A DNA stretch of 61,142 nucleotides from Nemertoderma westbladi (Eukaryota > Animalia > Xenacoelomorpha). Below, piece after piece: positions 22,703-33,987 of this stretch (positions are counted from its first letter, which is position 1; every line of letters begins with the position of its first letter). The stretch lies in NCBI GenBank assembly GCA_032718475.1, contig JAUCBJ010002484.1, forward strand, positions 1 through 61,142, given 5' to 3'. Position numbers and translations under genes: made by a program. The notes beneath the pieces were generated by a model, which saw nothing but the letters and a program-made list of their open reading frames with translations, made no database searches and had not been told where the DNA came from.

Positions 22703-25700
22703 TTACGTTATGGAGTCCCTAGATATTTGTCGGATTAGGGAAGTGGTCGTAGGAAGAGTATCTTGCCTTCCATAGTTTCCGGACAGTTTTTGGTCTCTTT
22801 CCAGTAAACATAAACGACCAGCTGGGTGATTGGGTTGTCGTGTTACTTTCTCCGCTCCCTTGGCCTGTCTACTCTCCGCCGTGGTAAGATGAGGAGGCCA
22901 TTCATCTTCTTCTTTACTTAGGGAGTCGGGTCCACCTAACCAGCCGGGAGTATCTATCCGTTCTTGAGGAGTCGCTCCTCTGGAAGCGATGTCGGCTAGA
23001 TTAATCATCTCGGGGCGATGTCTCCATTGATCTTCATTGGAGTTAATATCGTCATTATCTGAGGAGTATGGTGTTCCCTCAGTTAGTTCGTCCACTTCAC
23101 TGCTCTCCACTTCCCAACCATTTATCTGGCATATTCTTTCTGGTGGTAGTCTCTCTTCGAGAGTTCTGCGGGAAGGGCCAGTAAAGTACCAACCTACTCT
23201 AGTTCTTACCGCATAGGTTTGTAGTGGCTGCGGTTGAGCAGGTCGTTTTTCCAATGTCTCGAGCGCCTCGTGCGCGTTTTGGCCGATAAGTATTTGCACT
23301 CCAGGATATTCTGTCTGGAATCGAGGTATTTTAAGTTGTTGGATGCTCTTGTCCTCGTTCCAGTTATAAGGCTCTACTTGGGTATTAGCGAAGTTCTTTA
23401 TAGCTACCATTTTTACTGACCTTATACTTTGTGCTCCTAATTTATCCTGGGGGGTGGACAACGCACCTACATAGTAATCTGCCGTTAGGGTAGATTTCCA
23501 AACCTGCATAATTCCTGACATATTCAATTTAGTCCGGAACTTGGGTTGTCCAGCAAAGATATCTTCGGCTAGTTCTTGATCGATGAATGTTCCTGTGCTG
23601 CCGGAGTCAAGTAGGGCGTTCACTATGTAACTCTTGTTGGGACCATGAACTCGAACTTGCACTACAGGAAATTCTCTTATTCCTATGTTGGAAGTTGGAA
23701 CTTTCCAAGATGGTTGTTTGTCAAAAGGAGTTGGAGTAAACTCGTCAGTGTCCTTTTCATCCGTAAGTGCTCGATACACTGTGGTATTTATTAGATAACA
23801 GGATTCGTTGGCATCGGAGAATTCGTCTGTATAGAATCCTTCCCACTCAGAACTTTGGTCAGTGTCGTTCACATCACTGAATTGGACATGTGATTTGGGC
23901 TCACTTACCTGACTCGGGCTGTTTCGTTCGAATTCACTTTGTAACAAGATGTGATGTTTCGCACCGCACTTTGCACACTTTATGTCGGAGTAACAGGTTC
24001 GCCGCTGGTGTCCGCGTCTGAGGCAATTATAGCATAACCGCTTGTCCCACACAACTGTACGTCTGTCTACAAGGGATTTCTTTAGGAATTCCGCACACGC
24101 ACTCAAACGGTGGGGCCCGTCGCACAGCGCACAGTTTGGTTTAATGTTACTCACTTTACCTTGGGTGACGTTATGCACTCTAGTTCTTTCTTCGGGCTTT
24201 CTTCCGTGTACTCTGTTAGGAAACAGAAGAGGAGTCTTATCAACCTGTTCTCTCCTGTCATGGGTTCGAGCTTTAGATTTACTTACGTTCTTTGAGGTCT
24301 TGTTAACATAGTAAAATTTCTCGGTGTCTTTCCCGCTGTCTTCTTCTTGAGAAGCTTGGCTTTCGCCGTCATCAGTATAACACACCGGTGTTACTCTTCT
24401 CCTAGAAACGGGTTTCTCACTTACCTTATTTTCCGGTGTTTTCTCTCTGGATTGCTTTAGGAGTTGTAATTTCACTTCGCCATCCAAGAATGACATGAGA
24501 TCAGCCATGGTAGGGTCTCGTTGTTGTTGTTCCATCGTATATAACACCTTCTTGTCCCAGCGTGTACCTACTCCACCCTTGGGCAAAGTAGATGCTAAGG
24601 CTCCTACAACCATAGAATTCTGGTATTCATGAGACTTACCTAACCAATCTAGTTGTCTACAGATCTCCTGAATCTCATCGGAAAACTCTATAATCCCGCT
24701 GCTAAGAAACTTTCGGGGGGCCATTAATTTCGCATATAAATACCTAGCTATGTTATTCCTATTACCATACCTGATGTTTAGTGTATCCCAAACTTGTCTT
24801 AATCCATCTGGATGTCCAATAAATTTTAAAGCCATTGACTTGGGAGGTCCTTCCAAGCACTCGATGAGGAATCTAAGTTTCTCTCCGTTGGATAACACAG
24901 AGTTCTGTATGTTATCTTTATAATATTCATTAAAAGGTAACCATTTCATCTCATCTCCATTGAACTTGACTATCTCTCCAACCTTTACCGCTTGACGGGC
25001 TTCGGTTCTAGCCATTTGACGAGTAAAACTTTCTTGGGCCATCGTGTTATTGAATATCGAGTTATCGGTATATAAATTTCTCGAATTATTATCAAGTCTA
25101 TTGGGAATGTCATTAACAACAGGCGTATAATCACCCTTAATAGGGTTTGCTATAGGAGTTTCTACTTCACTAGCAGTATAGATGCGTGTAGGCTCCACAC
25201 CTTGCGCATGTAATACTTCAGACCTAACAGGCTGACACACCGTTACAGGGGTTATTGGTATTCCCTTTTGTAGGTTGACTAATTTGTCGCATTCTAGTGC
25301 GATACTTTGCTGCACTTTTTGCAACTCTAACCTACTTTCCCTTACTGTTCCCTTGAGCTGCTGAACAGTCTCTTCCATTTCCCTGACCTGCTGAGAGGAG
25401 CGCAAACAGTGTTCCCTCAGCTGCTCGAGCAGGAGACCCATCTCCCGTCGTCCCTCAGCTACCCACTCAACCGCCGAAGCGGGAGTCGCCAACGTAGTAG
25501 CGGGCGAGCGAGAGACGACGGGCGATAAATTCTTGATACCTCGCTCGGCGTCCAGGACGGGTTCGGACTCGGGAACAGTCCTACTGGGCACAGGTAGTTT
25601 AGTACTGTGCAAAGGGAATCTAGAGGTGGTTTCTGGGAGCACAGGTGTCTCTAGCACTGAAGGGGTGTCTTCGAGAACAGGCCCAATTATTTCAGGCTCA

Positions 25701-26161
25701 TCTGTTATAATAGGGAGCCTTTTTATAGCAATAATTTGGTCTCTGGGTTCAAGATTACCTAAGTCTACACTATCCAGTTGCATTGTCACCTCAGGAGGTA
25801 ATGTCCGCTTGAGCATCCGTCTACGTCCGCTTGAACGAGATTTATTAACTCTACCTTCGGGATCTCTCATATCACCTTCATCGGAGGAGGCAAATCCCTG
25901 GCTTCTGGAGGTATATCGACTCAGGAACCGCATCTGAGCTGCAACCATAGCTGTCCTTTGTTTTTCCAGCTCTAGTTGGGTGGTCTCTTCAGATGCCTTC
26001 CGTTCTGCTTCTGCCACTGCCTCTGCCGCTGCTACTTTTCTTTCCGCTTCTGCTGTTGCCATTGCCTCTGCCACCTTCTTTTCAAGACACTGTCCAAGTC
26101 TAAGACTCATTCTAACACCTTCCAAAAGACTATCTGACAGTGCCCGTTTTGTGTCAGACAT
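22703..26161 (-). CDS. BEL/Pao Gag-protease polyprotein (1152 aa) lacking RT, RNase H and integrase
   Basis: N-terminal coiled coil; DUF1759-type capsid (KFNGD..KWLPF...LSNGEKLRFL..CLEG...L..RYG); three zinc knuckles; LLDSGS protease; Pao linker remnant (ADIASRG..WLGGP..L..EDEWP). Confidence 0.93.
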   Translation of the reverse strand: MSDTKRALSDSLLEGVRMSLRLGQCLEKKVAEAMATAEAERKVAAAEAVAEAERKASEETTQLELEKQRTAMVAAQMRFLSRYTSRSQGFASSDEGDMRDPEGRVNKSRSSGRRRMLKRTLPPEVTMQLDSVDLGNLEPRDQIIAIKRLPIITDEPEIIGPVLEDTPSVLETPVLPETTSRFPLHSTKLPVPSRTVPESEPVLDAERGIKNLSPVVSRSPATTLATPASAVEWVAEGRREMGLLLEQLREHCLRSSQQVREMEETVQQLKGTVRESRLELQKVQQSIALECDKLVNLQKGIPITPVTVCQPVRSEVLHAQGVEPTRIYTASEVETPIANPIKGDYTPVVNDIPNRLDNNSRNLYTDNSIFNNTMAQESFTRQMARTEARQAVKVGEIVKFNGDEMKWLPFNEYYKDNIQNSVLSNGEKLRFLIECLEGPPKSMALKFIGHPDGLRQVWDTLNIRYGNRNNIARYLYAKLMAPRKFLSSGIIEFSDEIQEICRQLDWLGKSHEYQNSMVVGALASTLPKGGVGTRWDKKVLYTMEQQQRDPTMADLMSFLDGEVKLQLLKQSREKTPENKVSEKPVSRRRVTPVCYTDDGESQASQEEDSGKDTEKFYYVNKTSKNVSKSKARTHDRREQVDKTPLLFPNRVHGRKPEERTRVHNVTQGKVSNIKPNCALCDGPHRLSACAEFLKKSLVDRRTVVWDKRLCYNCLRRGHQRRTCYSDIKCAKCGAKHHILLQSEFERNSPSQVSEPKSHVQFSDVNDTDQSSEWEGFYTDEFSDANESCYLINTTVYRALTDEKDTDEFTPTPFDKQPSWKVPTSNIGIREFPVVQVRVHGPNKSYIVNALLDSGSTGTFIDQELAEDIFAGQPKFRTKLNMSGIMQVWKSTLTADYYVGALSTPQDKLGAQSIRSVKMVAIKNFANTQVEPYNWNEDKSIQQLKIPRFQTEYPGVQILIGQNAHEALETLEKRPAQPQPLQTYAVRTRVGWYFTGPSRRTLEERLPPERICQINGWEVESSEVDELTEGTPYSSDNDDINSNEDQWRHRPEMINLADIASRGATPQERIDTPGWLGGPDSLSKEEDEWPPHLTTAESRQAKGAEKVTRQPNHPAGRLCLLERDQKLSGNYGRQDTLPTTTSLIRQISRDSIT

Positions 26162-26261
26162 TTTTTGTTTGTACAGTTGAATGCCTACTGCTATATTACA
26201 GTTAAAGCAAGTCTAGTAATTCAGTATCACTGCTAGCCTAGTAATCAATTACCGATACTGC

Positions 26262-26546
26262 TACTCAGTGTAACGTGGTATATATATAAAATATATTAGA
26301 ATACCGGTATGCTTATAGTATATATAAGTATTATTACAGACGAGATTTGTCACAGAGTACCGGTATATAAATTTAGCACAAATATATATAAATATATAAT
26401 AGGCCTATAGTGAATACCGGTATACAGCTTACACTTATAGTATATATAAGTATAATTATGAACTAGAATTAATTACAGAGTACCGGTATGATTTCAGCTC
26501 AAATTTATAGAAATAAATATAATAAGCCTATGGTAAATACTGGTAT
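26262..26546. repeat. Degenerate AT-rich tandem repeats in the copy B leader
   Basis: Recurring taccggtat...cttatagtatatataagtat...acagagtaccggtat units. Confidence 0.6.
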
Positions 26547-27547
26547 GTCAATTATTTTAGAATAATTGAATTTCTGAATATTTTAGGGTTACTTGGTTAC
26601 TTTAACTTACTTTATTACCGTTATTTAAGCAGTAGTCCAACTGATATTGAGACCTAGTTGTTGTATGGCAGGCCTACTATTTATAAATCGTTTGAGTTGA
26701 TTTATAATATTTATATACCCGTTTAAAATGGGTTTTTGTCAATATTTGAAATAAATGTTATTATTTCTGGGGGAGTCACTACACAGAAGCTGAACGCCTC
26801 TCAGTGAAGTGCTATTTATTTGACACTAAAACTGATAATTCTAATTTACCTAAGTTACTTAATTACTACAAATTACTTACGATACGGGTGAGATTAATTC
26901 TCTAATTAAACACAACAAAATATTACGTACGAAATTTTTAGGGTAATTTTACAGGAAGTCTACAAACCAGTCCAACAAAGGGTTAGATTTCTGGTTATTA
27001 CAAAGGACAGGGTTCTACGGTATTTAAATAATAAGTAGTAGTAAATATATTGTACTGTCCAGATGGGAAAATACCACCGCCTGACGACCTATAACCGTAT
27101 CGCTATAGGTACTACGTTATGTATCACGGATTGTTCCTACCCAGAAGCTAATAGAGCTAACGAATGTGCCTATCAACCACTTTACAACACAAATATACTG
27201 CCTACACTAATTACTTCGGAAAGCACTGTACACTAAACCCTAAATTAGGTACAAGTACCGGTATAACAAATAATCAGTAGTTAAATATACTTGAACAGTT
27301 AAAAGAACCACGGCATCTGCTGGAGTGACCGAAGCACAAAATCTCCAGTCTTTACCTACGCCGAGCAGCCCTGATGTAGTACCGGGGTTAGTTTAACTAT
27401 AACGGTATGTATAACAAGCACAATTACTGTAGGAATAAACTTGGGGACATGAATGTTGCGAATAATCGCATAAACTCTGAATAATAAATATTACGCTACC
27501 CGTACAGAATACTGAAACAAATACAAACCAAACGCTGGCAAACTACT

Positions 27548-27993
27548 ATCAAGCCTAAACAAACTACAGTATGTGCAGATTCTGAAACTGTTAGTTAGTA
27601 TGCGTTCTAACACGGTAGTACGACTTACTCTTTAAGAGGGGATTGACCTTACAGCTTATGGCTGCCCCAACTTACTAACGGCACTTTATCAGACCAACTC
27701 TACACACGCAGCAATCCCTTCAGACCTAAAAATAGCTAGACAACAATCCAGCCTACAAATATTTGAGTAATAACTATTACGGTACCTGAACAGACCACAC
27801 AAACAAACACAGGCTAAAACACTGAAAGACTACAATCAAGCCTAAATAAACTACAGTATGTGCAGATTCTGAAACTGTTAGTTAGTATGCGTTCTAACAC
27901 GGTAGTACGACTTATTCTTTAAGAGGGGATTGACCTTCAGCATATGGCTGCCCCAACTTACTAACGGCACTTTATCAGACCAACTCTACACAC
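27548..27993. repeat. ~160-bp direct duplication in the copy B leader
   Basis: atcaagcctaaa.aaactacagtatgtgcagattctg...accaactctacacac at ~27548 and ~27835. Confidence 0.85.
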
Positions 27994-28305
27994 ACCGCAA
28001 TCTCTCCAAACTCAACAACAGTCAGACAGCAGCTCAGCCTACAATTATCTGAACAATCTGAGCAGGGTCATACGCCTTCTGCTCAATATTAGCCTACTAG
28101 TAAATAAAACCGACAGAAATAAGTAAACTATACAAAAGAATGAGGGGTGATCAATCCCTATTCCCCTGGCAGCCTACAATATACAATAGATCACAATCGA
28201 AATAATACTAAATGTACTTGTACAGCAGTACCGGTACCGGTGATGACAGTTAGGCCTACTGACCTACAGAAGCACCGGTTCAGTTTTACCAGTCACTATG
28301 GTATT

Positions 28306-28431
28306 TTGCAACCTTATTGCCTACTGCAATAAGATTATAAACTGTTACTGTTCGACAGAACAGTATTAAACTGTATTTAATGCCTACACTTGCAACCTTA
28401 TTGCCTACTGCAATAAGATTATAACTGTTAC
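28306..28431 (-). promoter_or_regulatory. Non-canonical primer-binding region, tandemly duplicated and complementary to the LTR
   Basis: No TGG follows the 5' LTR. 28420-28431 is the inverted repeat of 29173-29184, and 28382-28416 pairs with 28624-28652. The unit is duplicated at ~28306-28354. Confidence 0.6.
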
Positions 28432-29662
28432 TGTTCGCGCTTTTGAAGACCTTTAGCAGTTTAACCTGCCAAAATTTATATGTCTTTTAGTTAATTAACA
28501 CACCTTTAGCATACGACAATATTTTATGCTAATAAACAAAACATTAGCCGAAGCCAGCCCATGCGCGATCATTCACCCGATGGATCTACACCCGGGAGGC
28601 TGAATTCGGATGCTTAGATTTTATTATTGCAGTGTAAGGTTGCAGTGTAAGCCTACTGTATTATTCGATTGATCGCTAATATGTAATTTCTGACAGATAT
28701 TATTAACTTTCGGGAAATATTAACAGTTCCTTTAGGACGTGGCGCTCTATCTATTTAAACAGAGCTAGGACTTATACTAAACGCAACGATAAGGCTTATG
28801 ATTAAAGTATAAGTCGCATTCTTTAGGAAATGCTTTGTTACCAGTCACATCACACTCACAATCATGCACACTATTCTGCCGACCGTCAGTATATTTGATC
28901 ACACATAAAGAGAACAGCAATTGACTCAGGTAGTGTCTACTAAATAACATTAGATTCAATACACACCACATTGATATAAATCGCAATTGTTATATATAGC
29001 CCGCCTCTCTAACCTGTAGTGTATCAAGAAAATTGGGAATTTGGGTGATTTATCCGTATTATCCAAAGAGCAATATTTCCATCAACAAATAGGTACAATT
29101 AATAACTGACGGTAAAATAACAGTACAAACAATATGATTAGTGCAGTTAAATTAAGTGAGGTAACACCGCCGGTAACAGTTATACTTTCTATAATCTAAG
29201 CAGTTTTACTAGAGTTCTTAGAGCCGGTGTTTCTGGCTTAGACAGCAATAACAACAAAGTATCAAGTAAAAACAGTAAGACTGAACACTCTCCTTATGAT
29301 CGGCCGAAAAGCTACACGTCGACAGGAAAAAACGCTCTGATTGGCTCAAGCCAAACAAAGAACCATGCATCCAATGGCTGTTTCCATGTCAGCAACCAGC
29401 TGTTAGATGTCGTAATATGAATCATCACGGCTAAGCTGTGAAAGGTATTTGGTGCATTGCAGGTTTTTTGCCTTACCATGTCCGCTAAAACACGTATATA
29501 GCAGAATGACTTTTATGTCCGTTAAAACACCTGTAACGGTACCTTGCGGGCGAGGGGAATATATATACAGTTAGAGAACCTTTTTAGAGTATTCCAGCGC
29601 CTGGGGGGAAACTGGATTGCGAAGCAAAAGGGGGCCAGTTATATCCCACAGAAGCTTTTACA
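28432..29662 (-). repeat. 5' LTR of copy B (1231 bp)
   Basis: Direct repeat of 18326-19556. Confidence 0.95.
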
Positions 29663-29679
29663 GTTTTTGTTACAAAAAA

Positions 29680-30572
29680 AATTGCGCCAATAAAAGTTAT
29701 TTTCGGTAAAATAAACTTATCATTCGAGGTTAAGACCCCTAGATCCCTTCCTATAATAAATGTATCATAACAAAAATCCTCGACAAACAAAGCTTGCCAA
29801 CAATAATAATAAACTATCAATAATAAAAATCAGGGGCTAATAAAATGGCAGCTGGCTTTGAAATTAATACTCCATATCTCAAGAACCTGTGGCCTAGTGG
29901 TTGTTGTCTCGGCTTCCACCTCGAGGTCCCAGGTTCGAATCCGACACCACGCTGAAGAGACCCGGTATGGTCGAAACGCGTACGTGGTTTGGAGAGATAT
30001 GAGATATTAATTTCCATAAAAATTACGCGATTCCTAAATTTGTACACTACCCGGTTAAAAAGTACGCATGTGATGGGATTAGTCCTACAATTGCGCCAAT
30101 AAAAGATAAGTTATTTTCGGTAAAATAAACTTATCATTCGAGGTTAAGACCCCTAGATCTCTTCCTATAAAATGTATAATAACAAAAATCCTCGACAAAC
30201 AAAGCTTGCCAACAATAATAATAAACTATCAATAATAAAAATCAGGGGCTAATAAAATGGCAGCTGGCTTTGAAATTAATACTCCATATCTCAAGAACCT
30301 GTGGCCTAGTGGTTGTTGTCTCGGCTTCCACCTCGAGGTCCCAGGTTCGAATCCGACACCACGCTGAAGAGACCCAGTATGGTCGAAACGCGTACGTGGT
30401 TTGGAGAGATATGAGATATTAATTTCCATAAAAATTACGCGATTCCTAAATTTGTACACTACCCGGTTAAAAAGTACGCATGTGATGGGATTAGTCCTAC
30501 AATTGCGCCAATAAAAGATAAGTTATTTTCGGTAAAATAAACTTATCATTTAAGTTTAAGACCCCTAGATCC
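29680..30572 (+). repeat. ~412-bp tandem repeat (about 2.2 units) containing a tRNA/SINE-like Pol III head
   Basis: Units start at 29680, 30089 and 30501. A-box TGGCCTAGTGG (29890, 30302), B-box GGTTCGAATCC (29932, 30344), CTTCCAC anticodon-like loop. Confidence 0.85.
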
Positions 30573-30743
30573 ATTAACTTGTTTAATATTTCGAAAATCA
30601 CTCGGTATAATATAATTTACAAGTACGATACAAGGGGTGGGGTATTATTGGCGTTGCAACTAATTTATTAAGTTTTTATTATAAATTGTAGTAAGCTTGG
30701 GTAGTGAGGCACCATATAAGGATTGTTTATTATTACCCTTTAG

Positions 30744-30880
30744 GTTCAAGATCGGATGGTGGACCATGTCTCGATGATGCAGCTAGTCCTGTAAATTCTT
30801 GGTACAGTGAGGTATCGCTGATGGAGAAATGGGAGGAACTTAATAGCGGCAACTGGTATCCTATTGGACACTTCACCCAG
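30744..30880 (+). CDS. CAP/SCP protein, exon 3
   Basis: ttAG acceptor, phase 1 compatible; VNSWYSEV...IGHFTQ CAP signature; donor GT at 30881. Confidence 0.9.
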
Positions 30881-31859
30881 GTACTTAATATAGGACTTTA
30901 TTATATTGTGGGGCGAGCCACGAAAGTATGCGAGCTTAACATAAGGGTACCACTTTATCAACCTAATGTCTGTCCATCTGTAGATCCGTATATTTAAACG
31001 TTAATAACTCAGCGATAAAATATATCCAAACTTTGTACACAAATAGTAGAGTAAGTCAAAAGTTTAGAAATGTTCCAAGTAAAATTTAAGTGTGGAACTT
31101 CGAGAAGCTAAGATAAAAGCAGTTAGTTAGTTAATTATGTTAATTGCAGTAAAAGACGGCATTTTCCGCGTGTCCTTTCAATACATATAAAAAAAATTTA
31201 AAAAAATTATACATAGTTTTTAATTATTTAAAGTGATATCATTAATAAATCACTGTTTAATTTATCTAAACGTAATTAACCCCTTTGAATTTATGCCTTC
31301 CACACACACGAGATTGTCTCTGGGAGGTAATTCTGCCAGTGTGTTCACTGATGCAGACCTGCATCCATTAATTACTATACGTTAACTTAAATATAACTTA
31401 TAACGTATAACTTTAATATCTCATTTATCTTGCACAATAATTTTTCTTGTCCGTTTAAATCACTCATTGTGTCATCTGATTTTGACTTTTTCTGTCCGCC
31501 GGTAATTTACGATTAGGTTCGTTAATCAAGGTTCGGTATCTCTAATGCTGTTCTCTTAGGCTATCACTACCGGTATCAGTATACAGTATATAGAGCTAGA
31601 GCAGTATTTTGCAGTATTGCTGTATTGTAGGTATAAACTCAGATCAGTCCATAAACTCATATGTGCTCAAAAAACTACTTATTCCCATTTTGATAGTCGC
31701 AGGTAGCGAAAATATCGGGCCGTTTTTAGCCAAAAAGACAGCATGAAAGATAAGGGATAAAGATAAAGGATATATACAAATATACTGTACATAAAAAGAT
31801 GCCACCGTAAAGTGCTCCGCCTTTCCCTCAATTCTTAATTGTTATTAATCAATTGTTAT

Positions 31860-32091
31860 AAAATTCCGCCTCTGTAACCTGCTTCTTTTCCTCATTTAGT
31901 AAAGTGACCGTTTAATGTTTTGATTAGAAAAGTCCTTTTCTGTAACCTGCTCCTTTCCCTTAATGCTAATGGGTAAAACTAATCGTTTATTGTTTTGGTT
32001 AGAAAATCCCGCCTATGTAACCTGCTCCTTTACTTCATTTGGTAAAGTGACCGTTTATTGTTTTGGTTAGAAAAGCCTGCCTCTGTAACCT
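31860..32091. repeat. Degenerate ~72-bp tandem repeat (3-4 units)
   Basis: Recurring ctgtaacctgctcctt...taaagtgaccgtttattgttttggttagaaaa. Confidence 0.7.
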
Positions 32092-33338
32092 GATCGTATT
32101 AGAATTAGCTAAATTATTTCTCTGAGATATTGACATGGTAAATTAATTTAATAATATTTCAATATCATTATTACAAAGTCATTTGCATTAAGATAAGTTT
32201 TAATATTTTTGATAAATTGGCGCGTCTACGATCTTAATCATAAAACACAAAATCGCTGTCAAGACGTACCTGTTATCAATCTCACGTACTGGGACCGTCT
32301 GTGCCTTTGGGTTGGGCGGGGGTGCAGATTAAATGGGTTGTTGAAGCTGAAGAACAGTTCCATCTTCATTGATTTATTGACAGTTAGGTTAAATTTCTTA
32401 AATATCGTTTTAATTTATGTCTCATAACTGAGCCTCGTACTGCGCAAAGGCCCCACGGACGTTATTGAGCTCATGCTTGCAAAATCTTGTGCAGGTGCAT
32501 GTAAATTATATGAAATATGTAATGTATGTATAATATACTGTATGTACTGTACACTTGTACAGTATATGAATTATTACATGTAAAGTAGTTGGGTGAGTGG
32601 TGCTGTTCAAGGTCACAATTTGAAGTCATAGGTAATATGAGTTGTACTATTACGGCCAGCAACACAGGTTGTACAGAGAAAACGTCTCAGCGCCGTTTAC
32701 CCGGGGCTTCTAGATATTCTTTGTTTACTCGACAACATTCTAAGTCAATAAGTTCTCCATTCAGCACATTACATCAACCACTTTTTATGATTCGCAAATA
32801 AATTAATGACAATTATTACAATCTGAGTTGAGGGGTGGATCGCACAGCATGTTAAATATTGATCTGCGCTTGATATTTTTGCCGGTGTCTTAATGTGCTT
32901 GCACACCAGGATAGATGAGAAAACTCAAAAATATTTTACAATTTCATCAGATAATTAATAAAAACTGAAAGCATGAAAATATTTCTACCAACTTTTGGCA
33001 TGATTGAGATAAATAATAATGATATAGAAACGCTAACTTGCTCTACCAATCGACCCGCCTAAGTCCATTAAAATGAGAATCATATAACTCTAAATGGACA
33101 GCATAACTCCTACTACAGTAGAGACAATATGGTTCATCAATATGGATTATATGCCTTACAATTTGAATGCAATCCTAAACATAATCCAAACCACAAAAAA
33201 CTTATCTGCAATGTTTTTGTGGACAATGTCATGGACCAGACAGGTTGAATTTCAAATATGACCATTTTTGATGGACCACAATTAATAGACATCATCATAT
33301 TATTTTAAATTTGATTATAATACAAATGGTTCTTGCAG

Positions 33339-33546
33339 GTTATTTGGGAGAAAACAAAAGAAGTTGGATGTGGCATTAGGTACTGTTCAGGAAATGGTAA
33401 GACTATTGTCGCTTGTGATTATTATCCCGCCGGTAATTATATGGGTCAATACGCTTACCAAGCTGGAGAGGGGTCTGGTGATCCTGAGTCCCCATCCACA
33501 ACTACAACCATATCATCATCCTCATCATTGCCAACATCAATATCAG
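33339..33546 (+). CDS. CAP/SCP protein, exon 4
   Basis: gcAG acceptor; VIWEKTKEVGCG...IVACDYYPAGNY signature and a Ser/Thr linker; donor GT at 33547 (phase 1). Confidence 0.9.
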
Positions 33547-33987
33547 GTTGGTAATTACTGCACATCCGAAATACTATGTGATGTCTGAAGTAAATGTATG
33601 AAATAAGGTAAATAAATGGCTATCATTTTGTATAGTAATGAACAAGGTGTTCTAGAACTAATTTTGTTCTAGAACGACTTGATAAATGAACAATTGATTA
33701 GGCCTAGGTAGTTTCCATCCAGGGTTTCCGTCTTGTAATAGGGAGAACAAATCTCTTATAACGGGAATATTGCTGTTGACGGTAATTTGAGTGATTGATA
33801 AATGGCCAACAATTAATAAATATCAAATAGAATCTCAATACGTCCTGGAGATAACTGGGTTTCACTATGGAGAACCTTATTAACCATTATAAGATATAGA
33901 AATACATATATCACGAAATACATTGAATTTGCCCATAATATATATAATACCCACTAAATTATAGCCATTTTCTTTTTTCTTCACTAG

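Larger units (their letters stand above)
18326..29662 (-). mobile_element. BEL/Pao-derived non-autonomous LTR element, copy B, complete (11,337 bp)
   Basis: LTRs at 18326-19556 and 28432-29662; 5-bp TSD GTTTT (18321-18325 and 29663-29667); PPT-like tract next to 19556; intact gag-protease ORF; no RT or integrase. Confidence 0.95.

Noticed and set aside
22703-23100. Frameshift or readthrough into a hidden pol downstream of gag-protease
   Set aside because: The downstream sequence is AT-rich and closed in all frames in both copies, with no RT or integrase motifs.
29883-29950. tRNA-Gly(TCC) gene
   Set aside because: The T-stem (ccagg/ccgac) and acceptor stem do not pair; treated as a SINE-like head.
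29817-30459. Two identical 76-aa ORFs
   Set aside because: Antisense reading of the tandem repeat.
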